Part shown: positions 30,904-41,925 of the stretch, piece by piece
Numbering within the stretch: the first letter of the stretch is position 1
How the letters are laid out: each line of letters starts with the position of its first letter
From: Bacteroidales bacterium
GTDB taxonomy: Bacteria > Bacteroidota > Bacteroidia > Bacteroidales > VadinHA17
DNA length: 64,000 bases
Assembly: GCA_018056245.1 (NCBI GenBank)
Contig: JAGPFZ010000004.1
Location: 7,508-71,507 of the forward strand
Direction: 5' to 3'
The notes under the pieces: model-generated
Databases searched by the model: none
Seen by the model: the letters and a program-made list of their open reading frames with translations, nothing else
What the model was told of the DNA's origin: nothing
Program-made: the position numbers and the translations under genes

Positions 30904-32172
30904 TTATAATAACATTCCAATAACTTTCTTAACACCGTTTGCAAGTAGATCAATCTCGTCATAAGTGTTATAAAAGCATAATGAAGCTCTTATAGTTCCG
31001 TCTATTCCCATACGATCCATAAGGGGTTGTGCACAATGATGGCCTGTTCTGACGGCAATGCCTAACTTATCGAGTATCATCCCGGCGTCGTACTGGTGTA
31101 TTCCTTTAATGATGAAAGAAATAATTGAGATTTTGTTTTCACTATTTCCAATTATCTTAACTTTGTCGTTTTCAGAAAGTTTTTCAGTGGCATATCGTAA
31201 AAGTTCGCTCTCACGGGCAAAAATTTCATCAATTCCAGTTTCGATAATATAATCAATAGCCCTGCCAAGTCCTATTGCGCCAGGGAAATTTGTTGTACCG
31301 GCTTCAAATTTGAAGGGGAGACCGTTATAAATAGTTTTTTCAAAAGTCACTTTTTCTATCATGTCTCCTCCGCCCTGGTAAGGAGGCATCTCATCTAGAT
31401 ATTTTTCCTTTCCATAAAGCACTCCTATACCTGCCGGTGCATAAATCTTGTGTCCTGAAAAAACATAAAAATCACACCCTAAATTTCTTAAATCGGCTGG
31501 TCGATGAGGTATGCCCTGAGCTCCGTCAACAAGAACAGGTATGTTAAAATTATGAGCAGCATTAATTATTTCTTTTACCGGAATAGTCACTCCAAGTGCG
31601 TTTGATACTTGAGTCACTGCCACAATCTTTGTTTTTTCTGTGAGCAACTTAAGATATTCTTCAAAAATTATTTCACCGTTATCATTAACAGGAATAATTT
31701 TTAGTTTTGCGCCTTTACGTTCGCACAGCATCTGCCATGGAACGATATTTGAATGGTGTTCGAGGTTACTTATAAGAATTTCGTCACCCGCCTTTACATA
31801 TTTTTCTCCAAATGAGAAGGCCACTGCATTTATTGAACCTGTTGTTCCTGAAGTAAAAATAATTTCTTCTTTTTTCTCGGCATTTATAAACGATCTTACC
31901 CTTTCTCTGGCATTCTCATAGGCTTCGGAAACTATATCGCTTAAAAAATGAACCCCTCTATGAACATTTGCATTGTAGTTTTTATAAACTTCATCAACGG
32001 CATCAATGACGCATTCAGGTTTTTGTGTTGTTGCAGCATTATCAAAGTAAACAAGTTTTTTACCATAAACCTCTCGTCTAAGGAGGGGAAAATCATTTCT
32101 AATACTTAAAATATCTTTCACTTGATTATTTTTAATTTGTTTTAGCTGCATTTTATCATGCATAATGCACAT
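30904..32172 (-). CDS. sufS: cysteine desulfurase, SufS subfamily
   Basis: VYFDNAATTQKP, PLP lysine in SGHKIYAPAGIG, and RTGHHCAQP. The start is ambiguous, with three in-frame ATGs between 32151 and 32172. Confidence 0.93.
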   Translation of the reverse strand: MCIMHDKMQLKQIKNNQVKDILSIRNDFPLLRREVYGKKLVYFDNAATTQKPECVIDAVDEVYKNYNANVHRGVHFLSDIVSEAYENARERVRSFINAEKKEEIIFTSGTTGSINAVAFSFGEKYVKAGDEILISNLEHHSNIVPWQMLCERKGAKLKIIPVNDNGEIIFEEYLKLLTEKTKIVAVTQVSNALGVTIPVKEIINAAHNFNIPVLVDGAQGIPHRPADLRNLGCDFYVFSGHKIYAPAGIGVLYGKEKYLDEMPPYQGGGDMIEKVTFEKTIYNGLPFKFEAGTTNFPGAIGLGRAIDYIIETGIDEIFARESELLRYATEKLSENDKVKIIGNSENKISIISFIIKGIHQYDAGMILDKLGIAVRTGHHCAQPLMDRMGIDGTIRASLCFYNTYDEIDLLANGVKKVIGMLL

Positions 32173-33500
32173 CTTGTGAGTTCTCCCCTAAGCCGCTGCA
32201 TTACAAGTTCGTTCATTCTTTTGCGGAGTGGTTTAACCGGTATACCTTTTATGACTTCATCAGCAAATGCAAACATAAGCATCCTCCTTGCTTCATCCCT
32301 GCTTATTCCTCTTGATTGCATATAAAACATAGCATTTTCATCGAGCTGCCCCACAGTTGCTCCATGACTGCATCTAACATCGTCAGCAAATATTTCGAGT
32401 TGTGGTCTGGCATTCATTTTTGCATCGGGTGTAAGAATAATACTGCTCGTCTTCTGGTAAGCAGAAGTGCCTTGAGCACCTTTTGAAACATAAACTCTTC
32501 CAGTAAAAACGCCCGTTGCTTTATCGTCGAATACACCCTTAAAGAGCTGATTGCTCGTACAGTTTGCAGCAAGGTGTTCCACATTGACGTAATTATCAAT
32601 ATGTTGACTTTTATCGGAAAGATGCAGCCCGAGAAAGTTGCATTCTGCTTTTTCTCCCTTTAGAAGGCAGCTTGTGCTGTTGCGGACAAGTCCTCCGTGA
32701 AGGGTTATGTTGTTTGAATAGACAACCGAGTTATGTTCCTGGCAAATAAATGTATTCAGTATTTTATAAGCATTATTGTGTTCGTTCTGAACTCTTATTA
32801 TATCGAATCTTGCATTTTCATCTACATATACTTCTGTAATATTGTTTGTTAGTAAACGGCCAGGGGATAATGTATGATCACAAATAATCAGACTGAAAGA
32901 TGAATTTTTTCCTGCAATTATCAAGTTGCGGTTCTGGTTAAAAATATCGGCTTCAGAATCAACAAAGTTAATTAACTGAATTGGCTTGTTCAGGTTTGTG
33001 CCGTCAGGAACATAAATAAAAACACCGTCGAATGCCATTGCGGAATTAAGAGCAATAAGTCCGTCATTTTCGATGCGGGCATATTTGCCAAAATGTTCTT
33101 CAACCAGGGAGGGAAATTTTTTTGCACCATCTGTAAGACTTCCTAACCAAACATCTCCGGGTAATTCATTTAAATTATTATTTACAGGAGGATAGAAGCC
33201 ATTAAAAAGGATTATTCCATATGAATCAATATCTTCGATGCTGCAACTGAATTTTTCGGCTTTCGCAAAATCTTCCGGACCCGGTATAAATAAATCTTTA
33301 TAATCATAATCAAAAATTGTCGCAAGGTCAGTATATCTATAAGCTTCATCCTTTTTTGTTGGAAATCCGACACTTGCGAATCTGTTTATTGATTCTTCCC
33401 GGACAGAATTAAAAAGAGGAAAGGATGATGATTTAATTCTGGAAACATTATCTTTATATAGTCTGTAATATTTATCTGTTAATTCGGTCCGGGCTTCCAT
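32142..33500 (-). CDS. sufD: Fe-S cluster assembly protein SufD
   Basis: SufD beta-helix C-terminal region (PQLEIFADDVRCSHGATVGQLDENAMFYMQSRGI). Confidence 0.9.
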   Translation of the reverse strand: MEARTELTDKYYRLYKDNVSRIKSSSFPLFNSVREESINRFASVGFPTKKDEAYRYTDLATIFDYDYKDLFIPGPEDFAKAEKFSCSIEDIDSYGIILFNGFYPPVNNNLNELPGDVWLGSLTDGAKKFPSLVEEHFGKYARIENDGLIALNSAMAFDGVFIYVPDGTNLNKPIQLINFVDSEADIFNQNRNLIIAGKNSSFSLIICDHTLSPGRLLTNNITEVYVDENARFDIIRVQNEHNNAYKILNTFICQEHNSVVYSNNITLHGGLVRNSTSCLLKGEKAECNFLGLHLSDKSQHIDNYVNVEHLAANCTSNQLFKGVFDDKATGVFTGRVYVSKGAQGTSAYQKTSSIILTPDAKMNARPQLEIFADDVRCSHGATVGQLDENAMFYMQSRGISRDEARRMLMFAFADEVIKGIPVKPLRKRMNELVMQRLRGELTRCALCMIKCS

Positions 33501-33505
33501 GTTAG

Positions 33506-34261
33506 TTAATTTTTTTCGACCTCATTTTTTATCCATTCGTATCCTTGTTTTTCAAGTTCGAGGGCTAGTTCTTTGCCGGCCGATTTTACTATTCTGCCGT
33601 CATAAAGTACATGCACATAATCGGGGATAATATAATCGAGGAGTCGCTGATAATGAGTAATGACAATTGTTGCATTATCTGGTCTTTTTAACCGGTTGAC
33701 TCCATTTGCCACAATTTTTAAAGCATCTATATCGAGGCCCGAGTCTGTTTCGTCGAGAATGGCGAGTTTCGGTTCCAGTATAGCCATTTGAAATATTTCG
33801 TTTTTCTTTTTCTCTCCTCCTGAAAAACCCTCGTTAACAGAGCGGTTAGCGAGTTTGGAATCAATTCCTACAAGTTCTTTTTTTTCACGCATCAGTTTGA
33901 GAAAGTCAGACGATGATAACGGTTCAAGCCCTTTATGCTTCCTGTGTTCGTTAACGGCTGTCTTGAGGAAGTTTACCATACTTACTCCAGGTATTTCTAC
34001 GGGATATTGAAAACAAAGAAAGATACCTTCCCATGCTCTTTCCTCAGGGCTCATCTCAAGGAGGTTTCTGCCATACCATGTTACTGTTCCTTCTTTTATT
34101 TCAACAATGTTTCTTCCAGCAAGAACTGCTGCAAGAGTACTTTTCCCGGAGCCATTTGGTCCCATAATAGCATGAATCTCTCCTTCTTTCACTTCAAGGT
34201 TGATTCCTTTTAATATCTCCTTGCCCTCTATAGATGCTCTTAAATTCTTAATAATGAGCAT
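33506..34261 (-). CDS. sufC: Fe-S cluster assembly ATPase SufC
   Basis: Walker A GPNGSGKST, ABC signature FSGGEKKK, Walker B AILDETDSGLD. Confidence 0.95.
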   Translation of the reverse strand: MLIIKNLRASIEGKEILKGINLEVKEGEIHAIMGPNGSGKSTLAAVLAGRNIVEIKEGTVTWYGRNLLEMSPEERAWEGIFLCFQYPVEIPGVSMVNFLKTAVNEHRKHKGLEPLSSSDFLKLMREKKELVGIDSKLANRSVNEGFSGGEKKKNEIFQMAILEPKLAILDETDSGLDIDALKIVANGVNRLKRPDNATIVITHYQRLLDYIIPDYVHVLYDGRIVKSAGKELALELEKQGYEWIKNEVEKN

Positions 34262-34285
34262 AATACATGATTTTAAATTATATAA

Positions 34286-35737
34286 TCATCCAACACTTCC
34301 TTCGAGACTTATCTGTAGAAGCTTTTGGGCTTCTACAGCAAACTCCATCGGTAGTTTACTAATAATTTCCTTTGCGTATCCATTAACAATAAGTCCCACA
34401 GCATCTTCTGTAGGAATTCCACGTTGATTGCAATAAAAAATCTGGTCTTCTCCAATTTTTGAAGTTGTTGCTTCATGCTCAACAGTTGCCGAAGGATTTT
34501 CAACTTCTATTGTCGGGAAAGTATGGGCTCCACATTTATCTCCCAGTAAAAGTGAATTGCATTGTGAATAATTCCTTGCATTATCTGCATTCTTAAGAAT
34601 TTTTACAAGTCCTCTGTAACTGTTCTGACTCATTCCTGCTGAAATTCCCTTCGAAACTATCGTGCTCCTGGTATTTTTCCCGATATGAATCATTTTTGTT
34701 CCGGTGTCTGCCTGTTGAAAATGGTTTGTAACAGCAACCGAATAGAACTCACCTATTGAATTATCTCCTTTCAAAATACAAGAAGGATATTTCCATGTTA
34801 TTGATGAACCTGTTTCAACCTGTGTCCATGAAATCTTCGAATTATCGCCATTACAGATACCTCTTTTTGTGACAAAATTAAATATTCCTCCCTTGCCTTC
34901 TTTGTCGCCAGGATACCAGTTCTGAACCGTTGAATATTTAACCTCCGCATTTTTTTCCGCAATTATCTCGACGATGGCGGCATGAAGCTGATTTTCATCT
35001 CTCATCGGAGCGGTGCATCCTTCCATATAGCTCACATAACTTTCCTCGTCTGCAATTATAAGAGTTCTTTCAAACTGGCCGCTATTCGCCGAATTTATCC
35101 TGAAATAAGTTGAGAGTTCCATAGGGCACCTCACTCCTTTAGGGATATAACAAAAAGAACCATCGCTGAAGACTGCAGAGTTAAGAGCAGCAAAAAAATT
35201 GTCGGTGAAAGGCACAACCGAACCCATGAATTTTCTTACAAGTTCGGGATATTTGTGCACAGCTTCACTGAATGAACAAAAAATAATACCCATTTCTGCA
35301 AGAGTTTCTCTAAAGGTAGTCTTGATAGATACACTATCCATAACAGCATCAACTGCAACGCCGCTCAGGATTTTTTGTTCCTCAAGAGGAATTCCAAGCT
35401 TATCAAAAGTCTTTTTAAGTTCCGGATCTATTTCATTTGTGTACTCGTTTGCAGAACCTCTCTTTGGGGCAGCATAATATATTATATCCTGATAGTCAAT
35501 TTCAGGAATTTTAAGATTGGCCCATTTCGGCATATTCATCGTCTGCCAGTAACGAAATGATTTTAACCTGAAATCGAGGAGCCAGTCAGGCTCACCTTTT
35601 TTAAACGAAATAAGTCTTACAATATCTTCATTTAGTCCCTTAGGTATCTTATCCGTCTCAACATCGGTATAGAATCCGTACTTATATTCGCCGGAAGTAA
35701 CTTCATGTATTATATTATTGTTATTCTTTTCAGGCAT
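34286..35737 (-). CDS. sufB: Fe-S cluster assembly scaffold SufB
   Basis: 483 aa with YKYGF near the N-terminus and a C-terminal [23 protein letters not shown]. Confidence 0.95.
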   Translation of the reverse strand: MPEKNNNNIIHEVTSGEYKYGFYTDVETDKIPKGLNEDIVRLISFKKGEPDWLLDFRLKSFRYWQTMNMPKWANLKIPEIDYQDIIYYAAPKRGSANEYTNEIDPELKKTFDKLGIPLEEQKILSGVAVDAVMDSVSIKTTFRETLAEMGIIFCSFSEAVHKYPELVRKFMGSVVPFTDNFFAALNSAVFSDGSFCYIPKGVRCPMELSTYFRINSANSGQFERTLIIADEESYVSYMEGCTAPMRDENQLHAAIVEIIAEKNAEVKYSTVQNWYPGDKEGKGGIFNFVTKRGICNGDNSKISWTQVETGSSITWKYPSCILKGDNSIGEFYSVAVTNHFQQADTGTKMIHIGKNTRSTIVSKGISAGMSQNSYRGLVKILKNADNARNYSQCNSLLLGDKCGAHTFPTIEVENPSATVEHEATTSKIGEDQIFYCNQRGIPTEDAVGLIVNGYAKEIISKLPMEFAVEAQKLLQISLEGSVG

Positions 35738-35982
35738 AATTTCGCATTATGAAATGAAAAATATCCATATTGCTTTAGTAAAACAATCTGATTGCACTTT
35801 TGTTAATTAGAAGCAATCTAAATAAGAATGCAAAATTATAAATTATTATTAGCGTCCAATCAAAAAATCTAATAAATTACAATTTAGTGTATTAACTCTC
35901 CAAATAGACGGACAGAATCAATAATATTCAAAAAACCGAAATTGTTATCTGAATACCATATAAACTTCAAAAGGGGATATTA

Positions 35983-36780
35983 CTATTCCTTTAGCAATCT
36001 CGGTCCTCTTATTACGCCGCGTTCAGAGTTTCTAAAGAATTCTATTATATAATCCCTGTCGGGTGAAGGTTTGAAATTCTTTTCGACAAACTCCAGCGCC
36101 TTTGAGGTATTCATACCGTTTTGATAGATTGCTCTATAAATATTATGTATCTCATTTATTCTTTCTTTTGTAAACCCTCTTCTGGTAAGGCCAACCACAT
36201 TTACCCCCATGTATGCCAGAGGCTCCCTATCGGCCTTTACAAATGGTGGCACGTCAATTCGCACCTTTCCGCCACCGCCTATAATAACATGACCGCCTAT
36301 TCTCGAAAACTGGTGAACGAGGGCTCCGCCGCTCAGGATAGACCAATCATCAACCTTTACCTCTCCTGCCAGTCCAGTTGCATTTCCTATTATACAATTA
36401 TTGCCTATCTGACAGTCGTGCCCTATATGGGCGCAGGCCATAATAAGGCAATTTTCACCTATGACGGTTTTCCCAACAGCTGCCGTTCCTCTGTTTACAG
36501 TTGCACCTTCTCTTATTGTTGTATTATCTCCGATTTCAACTGTTGTTTCTTCTCCCCGAAATTTAAGATCCTGAGGTATGCCTGAAATGACAGCATCAGG
36601 AAATATCCTGCAATTCTTTCCTATCCTTGCTCCTTCCATTACAACTCCGTGAGGTCCTATCCATGTTCCGTCGTCAATAGTTACATTAGCTGCAATGAAT
36701 GCAAAGGGTTCTATGATTACATTCTCTCCCAGAATGGCATCGGGGTGTACATATGCTAGATTCGAAATCATTGATACCAT
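35983..36780 (-). CDS. lpxA: acyl-ACP--UDP-N-acetylglucosamine O-acyltransferase
   Basis: Hexapeptide repeats plus a C-terminal helical domain (GLTRRGF...IHNIYRAIY). The start may be the ATG 9 nt downstream (MISNLAYVHP). Confidence 0.92.
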   Translation of the reverse strand: MVSMISNLAYVHPDAILGENVIIEPFAFIAANVTIDDGTWIGPHGVVMEGARIGKNCRIFPDAVISGIPQDLKFRGEETTVEIGDNTTIREGATVNRGTAAVGKTVIGENCLIMACAHIGHDCQIGNNCIIGNATGLAGEVKVDDWSILSGGALVHQFSRIGGHVIIGGGGKVRIDVPPFVKADREPLAYMGVNVVGLTRRGFTKERINEIHNIYRAIYQNGMNTSKALEFVEKNFKPSPDRDYIIEFFRNSERGVIRGPRLLKE

Positions 36781-36787
36781 CTCAATT

Positions 36788-38191
36788 TCATTTGTTTTTG
36801 ATAACCTGGGCTACCATTTCGCCTTCAACAACAAGTGTATTACCTACGAATGCCTGAGCGAACATTGCAACTATACCCCGCCTTATAGGGTCGGTAAGTT
36901 CCAGTTTCAGGATAAGAGTATCTCCAGGTACAACTTTATGTTTGAATTTAACTTTGTCAATTTTAAGAAAATAAGTGGAATATTTCTCCGGTTCATCCAC
37001 TCCGCTTAGTACAAGTAAGCCTCCGGTTTGAGCGAGAGCTTCAATAATAAGTACACCGGGCATTACAGGCTCCTCTGGGAAGTGACCTTGAAAAAATGCC
37101 TCGTCGCCTGTAACATTTTTAATTCCAATAACTGTTGTCTCATCGAGATGAACTATTTTGTCGACAAGCAAAAAAGGATATCTGTGCGGCAGTTTGTTTT
37201 TTACCTGCTGGATATTGTAAACTGGAGGTATAGTTGGGTCATATACAGGTATATTCTTTTTTGAAAGAGATTTTTTTATTTCCTGTCTTATAATTTTTGC
37301 AAATTTAGTGTTGGCATAATGGCCGGGTCGCGTTGCTACCACTTTCCCTCTGATAGGCTGACCCACAAGAGCAAGATCTCCTATTATGTCGAGAAGTTTG
37401 TGACGTGCAGGTTCATTTGGAAATATGAGATCGATGTTGTTCAGTATTCCGGCCTTATGACCGTTGATGCCAGGCCGGTTGAACAGCTTTGCAATACGAT
37501 TGAATTCTTCCTGCGATGCCTCCTCCTCAAGAATGACAATAGCATTATCAAGGTCGCCGCCTTTTATCATGCCAGCATTAAAAAGAGGCTCCAGTTCATG
37601 GAAGAAGACAAATGTACGGCATCTGCTAATCTCCTTCTCAAACTGGTCAATAGAATCGAGAATGGCATACTGGTTACCGAGTATTTTTGAATTGTAATCA
37701 ATCAGAACATTTATGCTTAAATGGTCATCGGGATAGACAATTAGGTCAATCCCCCGCTCTTCATCGGAAAAAGCTATTTTCTGCTTTACGTCAAAATAAT
37801 TTCTCTCCTCCTTCATTTCAACTATGCCGGCTTCTTTAATAGCTTCGACAAATTTCTCGGAGGAACCGCTCATAATAGGAGCTTCAGGGCCGTCGAGTTC
37901 TAAAAGCGCATTATCAATCTGCATACCATATAAGGCAGCCATAACATGTTCAATGGTTGAAACTGATACACCGTTATGTGAAATCGTAGTCCCTCGTGAA
38001 GCTTCTGTGACATAATCGGCAATGGCTTCAATTACGGGCTTTCCAGGAAGATCAACTCTGCAAAACTTATAGCCATAATTTGCAGGAGCGGGTTTAAATG
38101 TCATTTTTACATTTAAACCCGTATGAAGACCTTTACCGTTAAGACTTATTTCTCGTCCAAGTGTTCTCTGTTTTTCCGACATTACCTGCAA
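36788..38191 (-). CDS. lpxC/fabZ: bifunctional UDP-3-O-acyl-GlcNAc deacetylase / 3-hydroxyacyl-ACP dehydratase
   Basis: N-terminal LpxC (TLGREISLNGKGLHTG...TIEHVMAALYG...HKLLDIIGDLAL) fused to C-terminal FabZ (LPHRYPFLLVDKI...FFQGHFPEEPVMPGVL). This fusion is characteristic of Bacteroidota. Confidence 0.93.
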   Translation of the reverse strand: MQVMSEKQRTLGREISLNGKGLHTGLNVKMTFKPAPANYGYKFCRVDLPGKPVIEAIADYVTEASRGTTISHNGVSVSTIEHVMAALYGMQIDNALLELDGPEAPIMSGSSEKFVEAIKEAGIVEMKEERNYFDVKQKIAFSDEERGIDLIVYPDDHLSINVLIDYNSKILGNQYAILDSIDQFEKEISRCRTFVFFHELEPLFNAGMIKGGDLDNAIVILEEEASQEEFNRIAKLFNRPGINGHKAGILNNIDLIFPNEPARHKLLDIIGDLALVGQPIRGKVVATRPGHYANTKFAKIIRQEIKKSLSKKNIPVYDPTIPPVYNIQQVKNKLPHRYPFLLVDKIVHLDETTVIGIKNVTGDEAFFQGHFPEEPVMPGVLIIEALAQTGGLLVLSGVDEPEKYSTYFLKIDKVKFKHKVVPGDTLILKLELTDPIRRGIVAMFAQAFVGNTLVVEGEMVAQVIKNK

Positions 38192-38279
38192 AATTGGAAA
38201 TATCTACAAAAGAACAAATTTTTTCGAACATTTTAAAAAAATTACCGATATAACAATACCAGTTGTGGAAATATCCTTA

Positions 38280-39317
38280 CTATTTATTTTTCAGTTTAAG
38301 AATATCTTGTTTCAACGATTCGATAACAGAATTTATCTCGGGTAGTTTCCTGAAAAAAACATACGATTTTATATATTGCTTATGTTCAAAGGCAGGAGAA
38401 CCTAATAGAGCGGCGTTTTCTTCTTTGATATCTCTGATAACGCCCGACTGGGCGCCAAGTTTTACTCCGTTTGCAAGTTTAAGGTGCCCGGAAATTCCCA
38501 CCTGACCTCCAAACATGCAATTCTTTCCAACCTTCGTCGAACCTGCAATGCCTGTCTGACCAGCCATGACAGTATTTTCACCTATTTCTACATTATGTCC
38601 TATCTGAACCAAATTGTCTATTTTAACACCTTTTCGGATAAAAGTTGACCCCATTGTAGCTCTATCTATTGTAACATTGGCTCCTATTTCAACGTAATCT
38701 TCAATCACGACATTTCCAATCTGAGGTATCTTTACAAACTGATTATCGCTATTCGGTGCAAAGCCGAATCCATCACTTCCTATTACAGTTCCGGCATGAA
38801 TAATGCATGAACTACCTATAACACATTCGTGATAAATTTTTACTCCTGGATATATAATGCAATCATTGCCTATAATAGTTTTATCTCCTATATAAACATG
38901 CGGATATATTTTGCTTCCTTCACCAATGAAACAGTCATTTCCGATATATGCATAAGCACCTATATAAACGTTTTCACTGATTTTTGAACCGGGTTCAATT
39001 ATTGCTGTTGGATGAATACCCTTTTTCTCAGGTTCCGATTTAGAAACCAAATTCAGAAGTGAAGCAAAAGATTCATAAGCATTGTCAACCTTTATCAAAG
39101 TTGCAGTAACAGGAGCAGATGGGGAAAAATTCCTGTTAACGAGCACAACTGATGACTTTGTTGTATAAAGAAATTGTTCATATTTAGGATTTGCAAGAAA
39201 TGAAATTGCTCCTTCTCGTCCTTCTTCGATTTTTGCAACAGACGATACTCTGGTGTCGGGATTCCCTATCACCTCACCATTGAGAAACTGTGCAATTGAT
39301 GATGCTGTGAATTCCAT
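38280..39317 (-). CDS. lpxD: UDP-3-O-(3-hydroxyacyl)glucosamine N-acyltransferase
   Basis: The N-terminal uridine-binding domain, a long left-handed beta-helix hexapeptide region and a C-terminal helix all match LpxD. Confidence 0.92.
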   Translation of the reverse strand: MEFTASSIAQFLNGEVIGNPDTRVSSVAKIEEGREGAISFLANPKYEQFLYTTKSSVVLVNRNFSPSAPVTATLIKVDNAYESFASLLNLVSKSEPEKKGIHPTAIIEPGSKISENVYIGAYAYIGNDCFIGEGSKIYPHVYIGDKTIIGNDCIIYPGVKIYHECVIGSSCIIHAGTVIGSDGFGFAPNSDNQFVKIPQIGNVVIEDYVEIGANVTIDRATMGSTFIRKGVKIDNLVQIGHNVEIGENTVMAGQTGIAGSTKVGKNCMFGGQVGISGHLKLANGVKLGAQSGVIRDIKEENAALLGSPAFEHKQYIKSYVFFRKLPEINSVIESLKQDILKLKNK

Positions 39318-39333
39318 ATTATAACTATTTTTC

Positions 39334-40611
39334 TCATCTACATTCTTTAGGGTAACAGAGGAAATATTTTGTTATACGCTCCGAGAGAACCCTGTGATCA
39401 AAAGCATCGGATACTTCCCGTATGCTGGCAATTGCGCCCGATTTAAGTAGTATCATAATTTCACTTGTTCCGTCCGGAGCATAAGCAAGGTTTGATATCT
39501 GATCTGAAAATACATAATAATGAACCATATCAGGTTTAACATCAAGCAACTTTATTGCTTTTCTCTGAAGTTCTTCAATACGCTCCTGACTGAACGGTTC
39601 ATTCTGAAGTTCCACTGCAAAGAGGTTACGCTGCATAAGTCTGCCTGACAGATCGGCAAGAACTTTATCGGAATGATCACTCCAGTATTTTGCCGAAATA
39701 AGAATATCGCTGTCGTCGAGCCTTACAAAGTTCGACGCAATAAAATCCGGAGTAAATAGTCCGTTACCAGAAAATTCATTTTGCCCTATTTCATTGTAAA
39801 GGAAAAACTTAAGCGCCGGAGAAGAAAGTATTTCAACATCCTTAATAGCCAGTCCCTTTGCTCTCTTAAGTGTATTAACAAGCAGATTCTCCGATGAAAT
39901 TACTGTTTTATGCATATAAACTTGCCAGTACATGAGCCGCCTTGCAATAAGCAGTTTTTCAAGAGAATAAATACCCTTTTCTTCAATTACGAGCTTTTCA
40001 TCAGCTACATTGAGCATCCTTATTATCCTATCGGAGCCGACCGATCCTTCGATAACACCCGTATAAAAACTATCGCGTCTCAGATAATCGAGCCTGTCCA
40101 TATCAGCCTGGCCTGCAATAAGCTCATGGAAAAATTTTCTTCTATAAAGTCCTGTGAAGATTTCAATAGCAAGATTGAGCTTTCCGGCAAATTCCTGATT
40201 AAGCTTCCTCATAAGTAAAAGAGACATCTCTTCATGAGTTATTCCCTTGATGATTGACTCTTCGAGTGCATGTGAAAAAGGTCCATGTCCGATATCGTGA
40301 AGCAATATAGCAATGAAAGCCGCCTCTTCTTCCTCGGAACTTATACTCACACCCTTGCTTTTCAGAGTCTGCAAAGCCATATCCATAAGATGGAGCGCAC
40401 CAAGACAATGCTGAAACCGACTATGAGTTGCCCCAGGGAAAACATAGCTCGTTAGCCCGAGCTGCTTAATATTACGTAAACGCTGAATCCATGGATGCTG
40501 AATTAGGTCAAAAACAAAATCTCCCGGAATATTTATAAAACCATAAACCGGATCATTTATTATTTTTTTCTTATTGGTATTGTAAATCACCAGTCTTTTT
40601 TGCTGACACAA
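39334..40611 (-). CDS. HD-domain phosphohydrolase (SAMHD1/dNTPase-like, COG1078 type)
   Basis: KIINDPVYGFINI, THSRFQHCLGALHLM and LLHDIGHGPFSH. The start codon is uncertain (TTG 40611 or GTG 40590; there is no nearby ATG). Confidence 0.8.
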   Translation of the reverse strand: MCQQKRLVIYNTNKKKIINDPVYGFINIPGDFVFDLIQHPWIQRLRNIKQLGLTSYVFPGATHSRFQHCLGALHLMDMALQTLKSKGVSISSEEEEAAFIAILLHDIGHGPFSHALEESIIKGITHEEMSLLLMRKLNQEFAGKLNLAIEIFTGLYRRKFFHELIAGQADMDRLDYLRRDSFYTGVIEGSVGSDRIIRMLNVADEKLVIEEKGIYSLEKLLIARRLMYWQVYMHKTVISSENLLVNTLKRAKGLAIKDVEILSSPALKFFLYNEIGQNEFSGNGLFTPDFIASNFVRLDDSDILISAKYWSDHSDKVLADLSGRLMQRNLFAVELQNEPFSQERIEELQRKAIKLLDVKPDMVHYYVFSDQISNLAYAPDGTSEIMILLKSGAIASIREVSDAFDHRVLSERITKYFLCYPKECR

Positions 40612-40800
40612 AAATATAAATTACTTTGATAACAAAGAGCTTGTTTTTTAACACATTCTTTCCATCTCCTATTTCTCCCTCCTTCTTCATTATGGTTTAC
40701 TGAAAATTTTAATTTATTATCCGATATTTTAATCAAAAATATTGCAAATTTGGATTAAAATCTGCAACTTTTCAGAAAATAAACTGTAAAATTAAATAAT

Positions 40801-41922
40801 GTGAGTACTGAATCCAAAACCTTTTCTTCACCGCTTCCGGGACGAGTTATTTCCGTTGATTTTTTCCGGGGCCTGACAATGTTTTTACTTATAGGCGAAT
40901 CAACTCGTCTTTATGCTCATCTATTGGACTTCAATAATCCGGTTATTCATTTTATTGGTAATCAATTTCACCATCATGAATGGCATGGTTTGCATTTCTG
41001 GGATTTAATACAACCTTTTTTTATGTTTATAGTCGGAGTTGCAATACCTTTTTCAGTTGCAAACAGACTGAAAAAAGGAGAGAGTCAACGGCAAATTACT
41101 TTGCATGCAATAAAGCGTTCTTTTTTGCTTCTTTTTCTTGGGTGGGCACTCTATTTTACCGAAGCAGGGAAACTGGTATTCAGATTTCAGAATGTACTTG
41201 CACAGTTGTCGGTAACATACCTTGTGGCATTCTTCCTGCTTAATAAGAATTTCAGGTTTCAGGTGATTTTTACACTTTTAATTCTTGTTTTAATAGACCT
41301 TGCGTATCGCTTTTTTCCTGTAGAAGGATTTAACCACCCATGGGTGAAATATGAAAACCTTGGCGCCTGGTTCAATAATAAGATAGAAGGCGTTGAAAGA
41401 GCCAGTGAATGGGCAACACTGAACTTTGTTTCTACAACAGCCCATACCGCATGGGGCATGATGTGCGGAAAACTGCTTATGAGCGATCGGACATACAGTA
41501 AAAAGATTCAGACTCTTGTTATTGCAGGAATAGTTTGTCTTATTATAGGTTACGCTCTCGATTTCCTTAACATCACGCCAATTATTAAAAAGATAGCAAC
41601 AGTTTCATTTGTATTTGCAAGTGGCGGCTGGGCTATTCTTGCACTTTGCTTCTGCTACTGGCTCATTGATGTAAAAAAGAAGTTTACAAAAGGCTCGAAG
41701 TTCTTTATTGTCGTAGGAATGAACTCGATATTTATCTATCTTTTCTGTGAACTCGGCTTTACAAGAATTATAAGCAACAGGATCGTTAATCCGTTCAGCA
41801 ATCTTCTCTTCTCATGGAGCGGTGCTACTACGACAGCAATAATCACAAGCCTCGCTTCATGGGCTATCCTATGGTATATTTGCTACTGGCTTTGTAAAAA
41901 TAAGATTTTCATTAAAATATAA
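40801..41922 (+). CDS. polytopic membrane acyltransferase-like protein (DUF5009/DUF1624, HGSNAT-like)
   Basis: RVISVDFFRGLTMFLLI N-terminal motif and roughly ten hydrophobic helices. GTG start. Family call is from memory. Confidence 0.55.
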   Translation: MSTESKTFSSPLPGRVISVDFFRGLTMFLLIGESTRLYAHLLDFNNPVIHFIGNQFHHHEWHGLHFWDLIQPFFMFIVGVAIPFSVANRLKKGESQRQITLHAIKRSFLLLFLGWALYFTEAGKLVFRFQNVLAQLSVTYLVAFFLLNKNFRFQVIFTLLILVLIDLAYRFFPVEGFNHPWVKYENLGAWFNNKIEGVERASEWATLNFVSTTAHTAWGMMCGKLLMSDRTYSKKIQTLVIAGIVCLIIGYALDFLNITPIIKKIATVSFVFASGGWAILALCFCYWLIDVKKKFTKGSKFFIVVGMNSIFIYLFCELGFTRIISNRIVNPFSNLLFSWSGATTTAIITSLASWAILWYICYWLCKNKIFIKI

Positions 41923-41925
41923 ATA

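Noticed and set aside
32142-32172. sufD/sufS 31-nt overlap as a possible frameshift or fusion
   Set aside because: Three in-frame ATGs for sufS lie in this stretch, and choosing a downstream one reduces the overlap to about 10 nt. Short overlaps are normal in suf operons.
36121-37697. Plus-strand ORFs of 77-154 aa opposite lpxA and lpxC/fabZ
   Set aside because: They are antisense shadows of hexapeptide-repeat and conserved enzyme genes. Their translations are low-complexity with no motifs.
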